The notes: generated by a model from the sequence alone, not told the origin. DNA of 64,000 bases from Spirochaetota bacterium (GCA_025457965.1 JALOTJ010000006.1:5162-69161), one strand, 5' to 3'; positions 17,618 to 26,653 are shown, counted from the stretch's first letter. A program made the numbers and translations.

Positions 17618-17664
17618 TATAACAATATGTTATAAGATTATAAATGCTTGTTATATTTTGTCAA
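17618..17664 (-). promoter_or_regulatory. Consensus promoter plus palindromic operator upstream of the acyl-CoA dehydrogenase
   Basis: On the minus strand: TTGACA (17659-17664), 16 nt, TATAAT (17637-17642), then the perfect inverted repeat TATAACA-N3-TGTTATA (17618-17634). The ATG is at 17599. Confidence 0.5.
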
Positions 17665-17797
17665 CCATCCGGTAATTATGCCCGGTGATAACCAGGAAAG
17701 GGCGGGGTACGGAACCGGAAGCGGAGCGTCATGAAATTGTATTGAACTTTTATGCTCAAAATCAAAAGATAGCCGTTAATTCAAAGTAAACGGCCGT

Positions 17798-18139
17798 ATG
17801 GGATTCAAGGATATAGGAAAAAAGGTCCAGGCCGCACGCGAGGAGAAGGGCATGACCCAGGCCGATCTGGCCACGCGGCTCCGGGCGTCGAGGCTTCTCT
17901 ACCTCGATGCGCTCGCGCTTGTCGACGAGGGGCGCGAATTTACCATGGAGGCCTCGATGGCAAAGCTTTTCGCCAGCGAAACGCTCCGCGACTTCGCCGA
18001 GTTCAGCCTCGAAGCGCTCGGTTATCGCGCCTTCGAGGACGATTCCGAGGCGAGAAAAATTTTCAACGAAGCACAGCTCCTCATCTCGATAGACGGCGCG
18101 TTCAATGTCCAAAGAATGGTCATCGCGTCGCAGCTTTAA
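17798..18139 (+). pseudogene. Chimeric remnant: XRE-type HTH fragment fused to the C-terminal ~85 aa of an acyl-CoA dehydrogenase
   Basis: 113-aa ORF. The first ~28 aa (IGKKVQAAREEKGMTQADLATRL) look like an XRE helix-turn-helix. The rest (RLLYLDALALVDEGREFTMEASMAKLFASE..NVQRMVIASQL) matches the ACAD C-terminal helical domain but with degraded motifs. Confidence 0.5.
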
Positions 18140-18980
18140 TCCGCGGCGCGCCATAGCCATGATTCTGCTGGCGATGGCGGCGCTCGCAGTACCGGTGGAG
18201 GGCGTCGATATCGCCCGGCGGCCATTGGTGTCGCGTCTTACCGGCCACACGTATCGCATTTATGTGCATCTGCCGGAGGATTATTCCGAATCTGACCGGA
18301 GCTACGACGTTCTCTATCTGCTCGACGGAGACAGGCATTTCGGCGGGACCGTGGACATGCTGCGGGCCCGTGCGGAAAGCGAATGGGGAAGGGATATCAT
18401 CATAGTCGGCATCGGCTATGGAAAATCGGTGAACCGACGCAAGCGCGATTACACCCCGGTGAAGGTGCCCGGCTTTCCGATGGGCGGGGGAGTGAAAAAA
18501 TTTTATAAGTTCCTGAGGAAGGAGCTGGTTCCGCATATCGACAGGATTTACCGGACCAATGCCGGCAGGATGGGTCGCTGTATTGCGGGGCATTCGCTCG
18601 GCGGTATCGCCGTCTGTTACGGGCTGATGTATCACCATGATGTATTCGGACGGTTCATCGCCATAAGCCCGGCGCTGTGGTGGGGAGGCGGTCTGTTTAT
18701 CAACAGGTACAAGATGAATTTTGCGGGCTTATCAGCCCCTCCGGCACTTCGATATTATTCGGCCTCGGGTTCGCTTGAGGATCCTTCAATGGAAGCGCTT
18801 GCAAAACAATACGCCCGCAGGGCCGATGAAAAGGCGGCGGGCAAGATACTCATCCGGTATTCGCAGTTCGAGGGCATGGGTCACGACGATATCGTGATAC
18901 CCGCACTCATGGGGGGCCTGGATTTCGTTTTCGCCCCGGACCGGGACGAAAACGAACCGGCCTCACCCGCCGGTCCGTAA
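18105..18980 (+). CDS. Exported alpha/beta-hydrolase, esterase family (siderophore-esterase/'putative esterase' type)
   Basis: GHSLGG nucleophile elbow and ..YDVLYLLDGD... If ATG 18105 is used, the N-terminus SRRSFNPRRAIAMILLAMAALAVPVEG resembles a twin-arginine signal. Alternative start at 18159. Confidence 0.7.
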   Translation: MSKEWSSRRSFNPRRAIAMILLAMAALAVPVEGVDIARRPLVSRLTGHTYRIYVHLPEDYSESDRSYDVLYLLDGDRHFGGTVDMLRARAESEWGRDIIIVGIGYGKSVNRRKRDYTPVKVPGFPMGGGVKKFYKFLRKELVPHIDRIYRTNAGRMGRCIAGHSLGGIAVCYGLMYHHDVFGRFIAISPALWWGGGLFINRYKMNFAGLSAPPALRYYSASGSLEDPSMEALAKQYARRADEKAAGKILIRYSQFEGMGHDDIVIPALMGGLDFVFAPDRDENEPASPAGP

Positions 18981-19006
18981 TCAGAGCTGGAATTGTGAGG
19001 GTGTTG

Positions 19007-20149
19007 ATGAAGCGTATGATTTGCATAACCGCACTGTGCTGGACAATCCTTGCCGCGGCGGCCTGCCGCCAGGGAACGCTCGAAAAATCCGAGGAGCGGA
19101 TACGAAAGGCCTATCCCGGCGCGACCGTGCTCAACGATACGGCGGCGTTCATCGCGGGCCTGCCGACGGCCGGATCGTCATCGTTCTCAAAACTGGCCGC
19201 ATCGGCCGAGTACGCCCGCTACCGCAGTCGGATCGACGCGATGTGGGAGCGGTATATGCGGAACAATCTTGAAAAAACGGAAAGCTGGCGCCGTGAGAAT
19301 ATCGAGGCGGGACACACGACGATCTTTTATCCGTTCAGCGGACCGGACATCCTGAACGCCCTTGCGTTTTTCCCCGATGCCGGGGAGTATATTATGATGG
19401 GGCTCGAGCCACCGGGCTCCGTGCCTGAGCCGCTCTCACTCGCTCCGCGAAAAGTGCAGCAGGGGCTTGCGGGGGTGCGCAACGCGCTTCGAACGCTGCT
19501 CCTTCTCAACCTCTTTCGCACATCGGAGATGCAGGCCGACCTGCATGAGGACTCCATCAGCAATACCACGGGCATCATGATGTTTTTCCTGGCGCGCTCG
19601 GGCAGGCAGATTCTCGATATCCGCGCGATCACGGTGCCGGCATCGGTACCGGGCGGGGATTCGGCCGGTGTGCGCGGCGTGGAGATAAGCTTCAGAAAGG
19701 GGGTCGGATCGCCGGTACAGCGCGCGCTCTATCTGAGCGTTGATATCTCGGACGAATCCCTTAATAACAAACCGGAATTCGTGGCGTTCATGCGAGAAAA
19801 ATGCGCTGCAACGACCTTCATGAAGTCGGCGTCCTACCTGCTGAGCTACGACAATTTTGAAACGCTCCGGTCTCTACTACTCGAGCGAAGCCGCCGCATC
19901 ATCCAGGATGATACCGCCATTCCGTATAAATACTTCGACGAGAAACAGTGGGAGATGACGTTCTACGGCAGGTACCGCGTGCTCGAGATGTTCAAGGGGA
20001 GATTCCAGGCGGACCTCGACAGGGCCGTCAGGCAGCGTTCGACCGGCCCGCTTCCCTTCGCGTGCGGATACGGGTTTATACCGGCCAAGTCGAACCTCAT
20101 GATAGCGAAGCGTCGCGACGTTCAGTCGAAGACCGGGCCGCGGCTGTAG
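19007..20149 (+). CDS. Hypothetical exported protein / probable lipoprotein
   Basis: MKRMICITALCWTILAAAAC signal-like N-terminus, with GAGGG 5 nt upstream of ATG 19007. I recognise no family motif (contains FYPFSGPDILNA). Confidence 0.5.
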   Translation: MKRMICITALCWTILAAAACRQGTLEKSEERIRKAYPGATVLNDTAAFIAGLPTAGSSSFSKLAASAEYARYRSRIDAMWERYMRNNLEKTESWRRENIEAGHTTIFYPFSGPDILNALAFFPDAGEYIMMGLEPPGSVPEPLSLAPRKVQQGLAGVRNALRTLLLLNLFRTSEMQADLHEDSISNTTGIMMFFLARSGRQILDIRAITVPASVPGGDSAGVRGVEISFRKGVGSPVQRALYLSVDISDESLNNKPEFVAFMREKCAATTFMKSASYLLSYDNFETLRSLLLERSRRIIQDDTAIPYKYFDEKQWEMTFYGRYRVLEMFKGRFQADLDRAVRQRSTGPLPFACGYGFIPAKSNLMIAKRRDVQSKTGPRL

Positions 20150-21576
20150 CGGAACATCTCGTCCATCAGACTGCGCGCCGCGGCGTCGTGCAGCAGGCGG
20201 GGCCTGCAGTAATCGTGGATGATGTACGGAATGAACTCGGTCTGGACGTGGCGCCCATCGTAAAAATGGTGCCGTGCCATAAGCCCCCTTCGATGATGCA
20301 CGGTCTGCATCTGGTCGAAAAGAAAATTCCCCAGCCCGTACAGGATGAGCCTCCCGCGATAGAATTCAATGCCCATGGCGCGATGCGCCGAGGACGAGCC
20401 TGTTATGGTGGCGCCGAGATCGATCGCGCGATGGAACAGCCGTATCTGCGAGCTCCACGGAACGGGCTCGTTCTCGTTCGCGCTCTGCACCATGACAAAA
20501 ACGATCGGAGCGCCCCCGGCGGCATCGCGGACCTTCTCTTCGAAAAGCACTTTTGAAAGGCGTGCGGCGCCCGGCTCAGTCTCCGTCGCCCATGCCTCGA
20601 CCGGGCCGACCTCGTTGAAGCCGGCGAAGGCGACGCGCCGGGTCCCGGCCGGAACGAAGCGAACCGATTCGGCCGCGGCGCGGTCCCTTCCCCCTCCGAA
20701 ACAGACCATGCCGGATTTTTCGAATAACTCGATGGTGCGTGCGTTATGATTGCTGCCGTAGTCATTATTGTGGTTGCCGGTGAGCTCGATAACGTCGAAG
20801 CCGGAGTGACGGAGTATCTCGAAAAAACGCACCGGCGAACAGAACCGCATGCGGTCTTTGAACGGGTAGCGGCACGGATCGAGAAATGACACTTCGTTTG
20901 AGGTCAGCGCCAGGTCGGCCTGCGCGGTGATCGGCGCCGTTTCCCCGACCGGGTACAGCACGTCCCCGGACCGCGCCACCGCGGAGATGAAGGCGCGGGT
21001 CATTGCCGTAACGCCGGTCTGTACGACGGTAAACGATTCCATGGCGCTTAGCGGCCGGGCGCCCGGGAGCAGCAGGGGATACGATGTACCCCGATCGAGC
21101 GTGTAGTCGCGGCTGCGCCGGCCCCAGGGATAGGTGCCATCGATGGCGATCACCTTGAAGTGGGGCTTCAGTCCCCGGATATCGCATACGCCGATGAGCG
21201 AACGATCGGCGGCGAGCGGTTCGTCCTCGTCGATACGCGCAATCCGCGCCTCGGTCCTCGGGAATGCCCGGGCGAACGGCGCGGCGATGCGCTCGTCGAT
21301 TACCAGATGTGTCGCGGGTCCGCCTTTCCAGCCGAGGCCGTCGAAATCCTTGATTCCCCCGCCGAGAATTCCGGCGCACTGTTCCCTGCTGATCGAATCG
21401 AGCGGGTTGGTGAAATGCGCCACAATGAAAAGCTCGCCGCGCTGGCCGCACGCGGCCGGCACGCATGAAGCCGCCGCAAGCAGCGTTGCCAGCGCGATCG
21501 CGGCGATGAGATCGGCGGTCGTTTTCCGCGCGAATGCCACCGGGGATGCTCTCCTGAATTTGCCTGAACGGTGCAT
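20122..21576 (-). CDS. CapA/PGA_cap-family metallophosphatase-like protein with extra N-terminal domain
   Basis: The C-terminal two thirds carry the CapA pattern (..ALTSNEVSF.., ELTGNHNNDYG, ..CFGGGRD.., ..SSAHRAMGIE..LYGLGNFLFDQ). N-terminal signal/lipobox-like LLAAASC. Confidence 0.7.
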   Translation of the reverse strand: MHRSGKFRRASPVAFARKTTADLIAAIALATLLAAASCVPAACGQRGELFIVAHFTNPLDSISREQCAGILGGGIKDFDGLGWKGGPATHLVIDERIAAPFARAFPRTEARIARIDEDEPLAADRSLIGVCDIRGLKPHFKVIAIDGTYPWGRRSRDYTLDRGTSYPLLLPGARPLSAMESFTVVQTGVTAMTRAFISAVARSGDVLYPVGETAPITAQADLALTSNEVSFLDPCRYPFKDRMRFCSPVRFFEILRHSGFDVIELTGNHNNDYGSNHNARTIELFEKSGMVCFGGGRDRAAAESVRFVPAGTRRVAFAGFNEVGPVEAWATETEPGAARLSKVLFEEKVRDAAGGAPIVFVMVQSANENEPVPWSSQIRLFHRAIDLGATITGSSSAHRAMGIEFYRGRLILYGLGNFLFDQMQTVHHRRGLMARHHFYDGRHVQTEFIPYIIHDYCRPRLLHDAAARSLMDEMFRYSRGPVFD

Positions 21577-21595
21577 GGGTCCGTAACCGGCGGCA

Positions 21596-22786
21596 TCAGC
21601 GGTCGGCGAATCGTACCGTGTCGATCGTACGACCGCCCAGAAGCGCTTTTTTTATGACTTCCATCCGGGTCATGAGGCGCCGTGCGTCGTCGTCATCGGC
21701 TGTTGCGGCGGAACCCTTCGAACGTATCGCGTTGATCTCGTCGGCGATGGCGACGGGCTGGATGCTGCGAAACGTGCGACCGGACGGATGGCGGACGATT
21801 TCGTTGACGGTCCTTATCGGAACGATCTCGAACCGCGGGCGGACCGACCCGTCGCGCCTCTCCAGAAACAGCGTTACGACGGCCGAATCGCGCGTACTGA
21901 GCGCGGGCGCGGCGGCGATCGCGTGTTCGCTGGACTGGTTCGAGATGAAGTTTCCGAGGCTGTAGAAGATGTGGTACGCGCGGCCGTCGGCTGCCCTAAG
22001 CCGCTCGACCCGCTGGAGCACATGCGGGTGGTGTCCGATTATGAGGTCCACGCCATACTCTCCATATTCGCGCATCAAGGCGGCGTCGGCGGCCAGCGGA
22101 CCGGTTAGGTATTCGGCGCCCGCATGCACCGACATGACGATGAAGTCCGAACGCGCCTTCATCGCGTCGATCTGTTCGAGCATCAGCTCCTTTTTATGGA
22201 AATTGTTCAGGTGGAAACGGCCGTTCGCCCGCGGAAACGCGGTGTTGATGACCCCGGTACAGGCGATAAAGCCGACGCGAATGCCGTTTTTCTGGAACAC
22301 ATGCCCCGCGGCCGCCTCCTCTTGCGAGGGCCCCCCGCCGACGTGCCGGATTCCATGACGATTCAGGTGTTCGAGCGTTTCAAGCGCGCCCGGTATGTCC
22401 TGGTCGAGGATGTGGTTGTTCGCGATGGTTACCAGCGATATCCCCGCCTTTTTAAGGGCGCCCAGCACCTCGGGCCGGCAGTTGAAGACATAGGGCCTGC
22501 TCTCGAACGGGGCTGATACCGGGAACTCGAGATTTCCGAGTGTGATGTCCGCCTCCAGCAACCGCGGGGCGATACGCTCGAAGAGATAATCGAACCCGCC
22601 GTTGTTGGCCGATATACCCGTGTCGCCCGAGCTGATATCGTTAAGGCGCGCGCAGGTCTTAACGGGGATATGCATGATGATGTCGCCCACGAAAGAAACG
22701 GAAAGCCCCTCGGGTGCCCGCCGGCATGACGGAAACACAACGAAAAGGAGCAGGACGACCAGGGCTGTGCGAATTGCTTTGGGCAT
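21596..22786 (-). CDS. CapA/PGA_cap-family metallophosphatase-like protein
   Basis: Start at ATG 22786 (MPKAIRTALVVLLLFVVFPSC). Contains VSFVGDIIMH, TLGNLEFPV, TIANNHILDQ, HVGGG, GHHPHVLQ and YSLGNFISNQ. Paralogue of 20122..21576. Confidence 0.75.
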   Translation of the reverse strand: MPKAIRTALVVLLLFVVFPSCRRAPEGLSVSFVGDIIMHIPVKTCARLNDISSGDTGISANNGGFDYLFERIAPRLLEADITLGNLEFPVSAPFESRPYVFNCRPEVLGALKKAGISLVTIANNHILDQDIPGALETLEHLNRHGIRHVGGGPSQEEAAAGHVFQKNGIRVGFIACTGVINTAFPRANGRFHLNNFHKKELMLEQIDAMKARSDFIVMSVHAGAEYLTGPLAADAALMREYGEYGVDLIIGHHPHVLQRVERLRAADGRAYHIFYSLGNFISNQSSEHAIAAAPALSTRDSAVVTLFLERRDGSVRPRFEIVPIRTVNEIVRHPSGRTFRSIQPVAIADEINAIRSKGSAATADDDDARRLMTRMEVIKKALLGGRTIDTVRFADR

Positions 22787-22962
22787 GGTTCGAAGCGGCG
22801 CTCTCCCCGAAATTGATCTATCGGCTACCGGACAGAATGCCCGATCGCGCCGATATGTCAAACGAATTGACCGGCGCCGGTGCAAAACCCGGAAGGGCGG
22901 ATTGTGTCCATCGCGGGGGAGAACCGTACGGCCCGCGGCTGTCGACCCAAGTCATTAATTTG

Positions 22963-23022
22963 TTGACAGAATCGGATATTTTTCTATAATGAACAAATAA
23001 ATAAATAATTCATTTATTTATT
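22963..23022 (+). promoter_or_regulatory. Consensus sigma70 promoter and AT-rich palindromic operator of the TetR-SCP2-peptidase unit
   Basis: TTGACA (22963-22968), 16 nt, TATAAT (22985-22990). This is followed by the perfect inverted repeat AATAAATAAAT-N5-ATTTATTTATT (22996-23006 / 23012-23022). Confidence 0.6.
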
Positions 23023-23074
23023 AAGCTGCCGTGAAGCCGGGCCAGATCCCTCCCGCTTCGGGCTTTGCGGCGGG

Positions 23075-23668
23075 TTGGACAGGAACATGCGAAAAAAGGA
23101 ACGACAGGAAGCCATCTACGAAGCGGCCCTCCGGGTGTTCGCCCGTTATGGCTACAGGAAAACCACGGTCGAGGACATCGCCCGCGAGCTCGGCATGACC
23201 AAGGGGAATCTCTACCTGTACGCCCGCGACAAACGGGGGCTGTACGAGAAGACCGTCGAGTACGCCTTGCTGCGCTGGCAGACCCGCGTGCGGGAGGCGG
23301 TGGCGCTGGAAAAGGACGCCCGCTCGATGTTTGTGACCATGTGCACCAAGGCCGTCGAGTATCTGGCGATGGACGAGGATTTCCGCCGCGTGCTGGTGCA
23401 CGATCCCGAGATATTCCCGATGTTTCCCGTCAGGGACCCCTACGAGCGGATCAACAGGAACTCCATGGCAATGATCAGGTTTATTCTAAAGAAGGGCATG
23501 GCGGAAGGAGACTTCAGAAAGGTAAGTCCGCGCACAACACCGAACGCGATATTTTCCATCTACAAGATGTTCATAATTCGAATGTATATACACCCGGAAG
23601 GAAAGGAGATGCGCAAGGTTTTCGAGGAGACCCTCGATCTCCTGACGCGGGGGCTGTTCAGGGACTGA
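23075..23668 (+). CDS. TetR/AcrR-family transcriptional regulator
   Basis: N-terminal HTH AIYEAALRVFARYGYRKTTVEDIARELGMTKGNLYLY. Paralogous to 53124..53702. Confidence 0.9.
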   Translation: MDRNMRKKERQEAIYEAALRVFARYGYRKTTVEDIARELGMTKGNLYLYARDKRGLYEKTVEYALLRWQTRVREAVALEKDARSMFVTMCTKAVEYLAMDEDFRRVLVHDPEIFPMFPVRDPYERINRNSMAMIRFILKKGMAEGDFRKVSPRTTPNAIFSIYKMFIIRMYIHPEGKEMRKVFEETLDLLTRGLFRD

Positions 23669-23693
23669 TACTATTTACTCAGGGAGGCGCACA

Positions 23694-24095
23694 ATGGCAC
23701 AGGTGGTCAAATACTTAAGCCCCGAATGGCGGGACGAGGCCGAAAAGCGGCTGAAAAGCGAGCTCAGCCCCGAAAAAATGAACAACATCAACTCTTCCAT
23801 GTCCAATATCTACCAGAATTGCCCGGACGGGAAGACCCGCTACCTGTTTTTCAAGTTCGTGGACGGAAATTTCGCGGAGCTTTCTATAGGTGAGGGCGAA
23901 CCGCCGGCGGCGGAATTCCGCATCAGCGGCGATTATGAAATCTTCGCGAAAATATCGCGCGCAGAGCTTGGCTCGCAAAAAGCGCTGATGACCGGCAAGC
24001 TCAAGCTTAAGGGAAATATGATCAAGGCGCTCAAACTCGCATCGATCGCGGACAGGCTCAACAAGGTACTGTCGAAGATTCCCGCGGAGTACTGA
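23694..24095 (+). CDS. SCP2 sterol/lipid-binding domain protein
   Basis: 133 aa. The C-terminal ..GSQKALMTGKLKLKGNMIKALKLASI.. is the SCP2-family hallmark. Confidence 0.7.
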   Translation: MAQVVKYLSPEWRDEAEKRLKSELSPEKMNNINSSMSNIYQNCPDGKTRYLFFKFVDGNFAELSIGEGEPPAAEFRISGDYEIFAKISRAELGSQKALMTGKLKLKGNMIKALKLASIADRLNKVLSKIPAEY

Positions 24096-24141
24096 TCGGC
24101 GTCGAAAGGCTTTGGAGCATACATTCAGAGAGGTGAACAGA

Positions 24142-25368
24142 ATGACATCACGCATGGAAAACAAGGGCCCGTATTTCATAGACTTTCCGGCCAGGATAAA
24201 AAGCATACAGGCCGAGATGGCGAGGCAGAAGATCGACGTGTATCTCGGTTCGCGCCTTCGCACGCTTTCGTGGACGCTCGACGCGTTCTGCCCGTGGCGG
24301 AGCTTCGTGGTGATCCCCGCGGAGGGGATGCCCGCGGCGTTCAGCTTCGTCATCGACGCCGCGCGCATCGCCGACGAAACCTGGATCGATGAGGACCGTG
24401 TCTACGGTTTCGTGCCGATGGGCGGACAGGACCAGATAGAACTCATAAGCGACTTTATTAAAGACCAGTTGAAGGGAGGGAAGGGCCGCGTCGGCATCGA
24501 GAGCGGAATGTCCAACTACCTGCCCGAGGGCTGGCTCACGCACTACGAGTTCCAGCGTTATTCGGAAGCGCTCGATGGCTGCGAGCTCGTGAATGCGCAT
24601 TCGATAGTTGACGCGCTCTCGATCGTCAAGGACCAGGGCACCATCAACCGTTTCCGTGAGGCCTCGCGCATCGTGGACATGGGACACAAGGCGGTCTTTG
24701 AGGCGATAAAGGACGGGGGATGGAAGGGCATGACCGAAACGGAGATCGCCGGGCTCGCCGCGCTCGCCATGCGGCGCGAGGGGAGCGAGTGGGAATGGAG
24801 TTTCACCGGCGGGAACGAGATCGCCGCGGGGTACCGTACGGGCCTTGCCGGCGGCGCCTGTACGCCAGCCACGCGTAAAAAACTCGCCGCGGGCGAACCG
24901 CTTATGGTCGACATCCACGCCATGTTCATGCTGGGCCTCGGTGATCACTCGCACAATTACCTGGTCGCGCCTGCCACCGACCGGCAGCACTGGCACGCGA
25001 AAAACTTCGTGGACATCGTCGCGCTCACCCTCAAGACCTACCGGGCCGGCATTACGCCGTCGACCCTCGCCGACCGGATGATGGCCTTCGCCGAGGAGCG
25101 CGGCTTCTCCGACTACATGGTGCCCGGCTTCGAGCACGGAATAGGCATGATGGGGGACGAGTGGCGGATCGGGCTCAACGACGGTCCCTTCCCGTACTGG
25201 ACCAATCCCGATCACGTCTACCGTGAGAACGAGGTGCTGATCTGCGCCATGCAGTACGCCTGTCCGGAGGAGAACATCGGTTTTCGCTACGAGAACCCGA
25301 TTGTTATCATGAAAAACGGATGCGACGAGATGTCGAAATTCCCGCTGGGGATCGAGGAGATTCGCTGA
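24142..25368 (+). CDS. M24-family metallopeptidase (Xaa-Pro peptidase/creatinase-like)
   Basis: Start at ATG 24142 (GAGAGGTG upstream). Creatinase-like N-domain followed by a pita-bread domain with ..VDIHAMF.., ..FEHGIGMMGDEW.., ..ENPIVI... Confidence 0.75.
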   Translation: MTSRMENKGPYFIDFPARIKSIQAEMARQKIDVYLGSRLRTLSWTLDAFCPWRSFVVIPAEGMPAAFSFVIDAARIADETWIDEDRVYGFVPMGGQDQIELISDFIKDQLKGGKGRVGIESGMSNYLPEGWLTHYEFQRYSEALDGCELVNAHSIVDALSIVKDQGTINRFREASRIVDMGHKAVFEAIKDGGWKGMTETEIAGLAALAMRREGSEWEWSFTGGNEIAAGYRTGLAGGACTPATRKKLAAGEPLMVDIHAMFMLGLGDHSHNYLVAPATDRQHWHAKNFVDIVALTLKTYRAGITPSTLADRMMAFAEERGFSDYMVPGFEHGIGMMGDEWRIGLNDGPFPYWTNPDHVYRENEVLICAMQYACPEENIGFRYENPIVIMKNGCDEMSKFPLGIEEIR

Positions 25369-25370
25369 AG

Positions 25371-25432
25371 GCGCGGATATATCCGCGTTTTCATATAAAC
25401 GCATGAGGGCGCGGATGGGTATCCGCGCTTTC
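25371..25432 (+). terminator. Two tandem GC-rich hairpins with T-tracts between convergent genes
   Basis: GCGCGGATATATCCGCG + TTTT (25371-25391) and GCGCGGAT-GGGT-ATCCGCGC + TTTC (25409-25432). The two share the same arm sequence. Confidence 0.55.
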
Positions 25433-25439
25433 ATGGGTT

Positions 25440-26456
25440 TCATCGCGCTGGTTTTTCTTTGACTGTTCCCTTGTGGTGATACATGCTGGCGTCCGCCTTC
25501 TGGATGAGGTCCCTGATCCTCTGAAAAGGACCGGAGGAGGTTCCGTAGGAGAAGCGCACGTCCGGCCCGTCCGCCATCGTGAAGCCGGATAGCTTTTTCA
25601 GCTCCCGCACGAAGCGTTTCTCGATTTTTTCCACCTGCTCGGACGGCGCGGGAACTATCGCGAGAAATTCGTCGCCGCCGATGCGAAAGAGCATGTCATT
25701 GTACCGCAGGCGCGATTTTATAATTCTCGAAACTTCCTTCAGCACCTCGTCTCCCCGGGGATGTCCGAAACCGTCGTTGATTTCCTTGAATTTATCCACG
25801 TCGACCATGATCACCACCACGGCCGGTTCGTTATCGTAGCGTCTGCGGCGCGGCAACGCCGTTTTCTCCGCTTCGGCGATGACCTGGTCCAGTTTCGCCC
25901 GGTTGAAGAGTCCCGTAAGCGGATCGGTAAGGCTGCGTTGAAGCGCCTGCTCATAGAGCGCCGCGTTCGCAAAGGCGATCGCCGCGTAATCGGCGATGGT
26001 CTGGAGGATGACGTGCTCCATCTCGGTGAAAAGTCCACCCGTGGTGCGGTTGACCAGCTCGATGACGCCGTACAGGGTATCGCCAAAAACGATCGGCACC
26101 GCCATCACCGATTTCGTTTTGAACCCCGTGGCCCTGTCGACCCTGTCGCTGAACCGCCTGTCCCGCGAGGTGTCGGAAACGAAGATTGAGCGTTTCGTCC
26201 GCGCCACCGTGCCCGCTATCCCTTCGCCTATACCCAGGCGGATGTTTTCGACGGCCTTGGTGTCAATCCCCTTTACTATAATGAAGAAAAGCTCGTCGGT
26301 ATTGGGGTCGAGCCGCATGAGGCTCCAGTTCGCCGCGTCGAAAAACAGGTGAATCTCTTCCATTATGGATTCGAGTATCACGCCGAATTCGAGGGAGGAG
26401 GTGATGATCTTACCGATGCTCGAATAGAGCTTCTTTATATTAACGAGTTCTTCCAT
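25440..26456 (-). CDS. GAF-domain diguanylate cyclase (GGDEF)
   Basis: Start at ATG 26456 (GGAGAG SD); the ORF-track TTG 26534 is also possible. GAF region, then RIGGDEFLAIV with an RYND (RxxD) I-site five residues upstream. Confidence 0.85.
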   Translation of the reverse strand: MEELVNIKKLYSSIGKIITSSLEFGVILESIMEEIHLFFDAANWSLMRLDPNTDELFFIIVKGIDTKAVENIRLGIGEGIAGTVARTKRSIFVSDTSRDRRFSDRVDRATGFKTKSVMAVPIVFGDTLYGVIELVNRTTGGLFTEMEHVILQTIADYAAIAFANAALYEQALQRSLTDPLTGLFNRAKLDQVIAEAEKTALPRRRRYDNEPAVVVIMVDVDKFKEINDGFGHPRGDEVLKEVSRIIKSRLRYNDMLFRIGGDEFLAIVPAPSEQVEKIEKRFVRELKKLSGFTMADGPDVRFSYGTSSGPFQRIRDLIQKADASMYHHKGTVKEKPAR

Positions 26457-26653
26457 GGCTCTCCGTTTGCGGGGTTGGATGCCCGGCACGGGGCCGGGCT
26501 TGGGGAGTATTGGCGGTGGGGCCATTTTTTTCAACGATATTTCAAGTATGGGAATAATTCGATTATTTCCCGGCCTCGAAATGCCGACAAGGAAGCATGA
26601 ACGGTGGCGCTGTGTTTAGAGACATAATCGGCGGGGTGAACGGGAGAATCATC

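Noticed and set aside
20122-22786. The two CapA-like genes as a poly-gamma-glutamate capsule synthesis locus.
   Set aside because: No CapB (ATP-grasp ligase) or CapC is present in the window. The CapA fold alone is a generic metallophosphatase-like domain.
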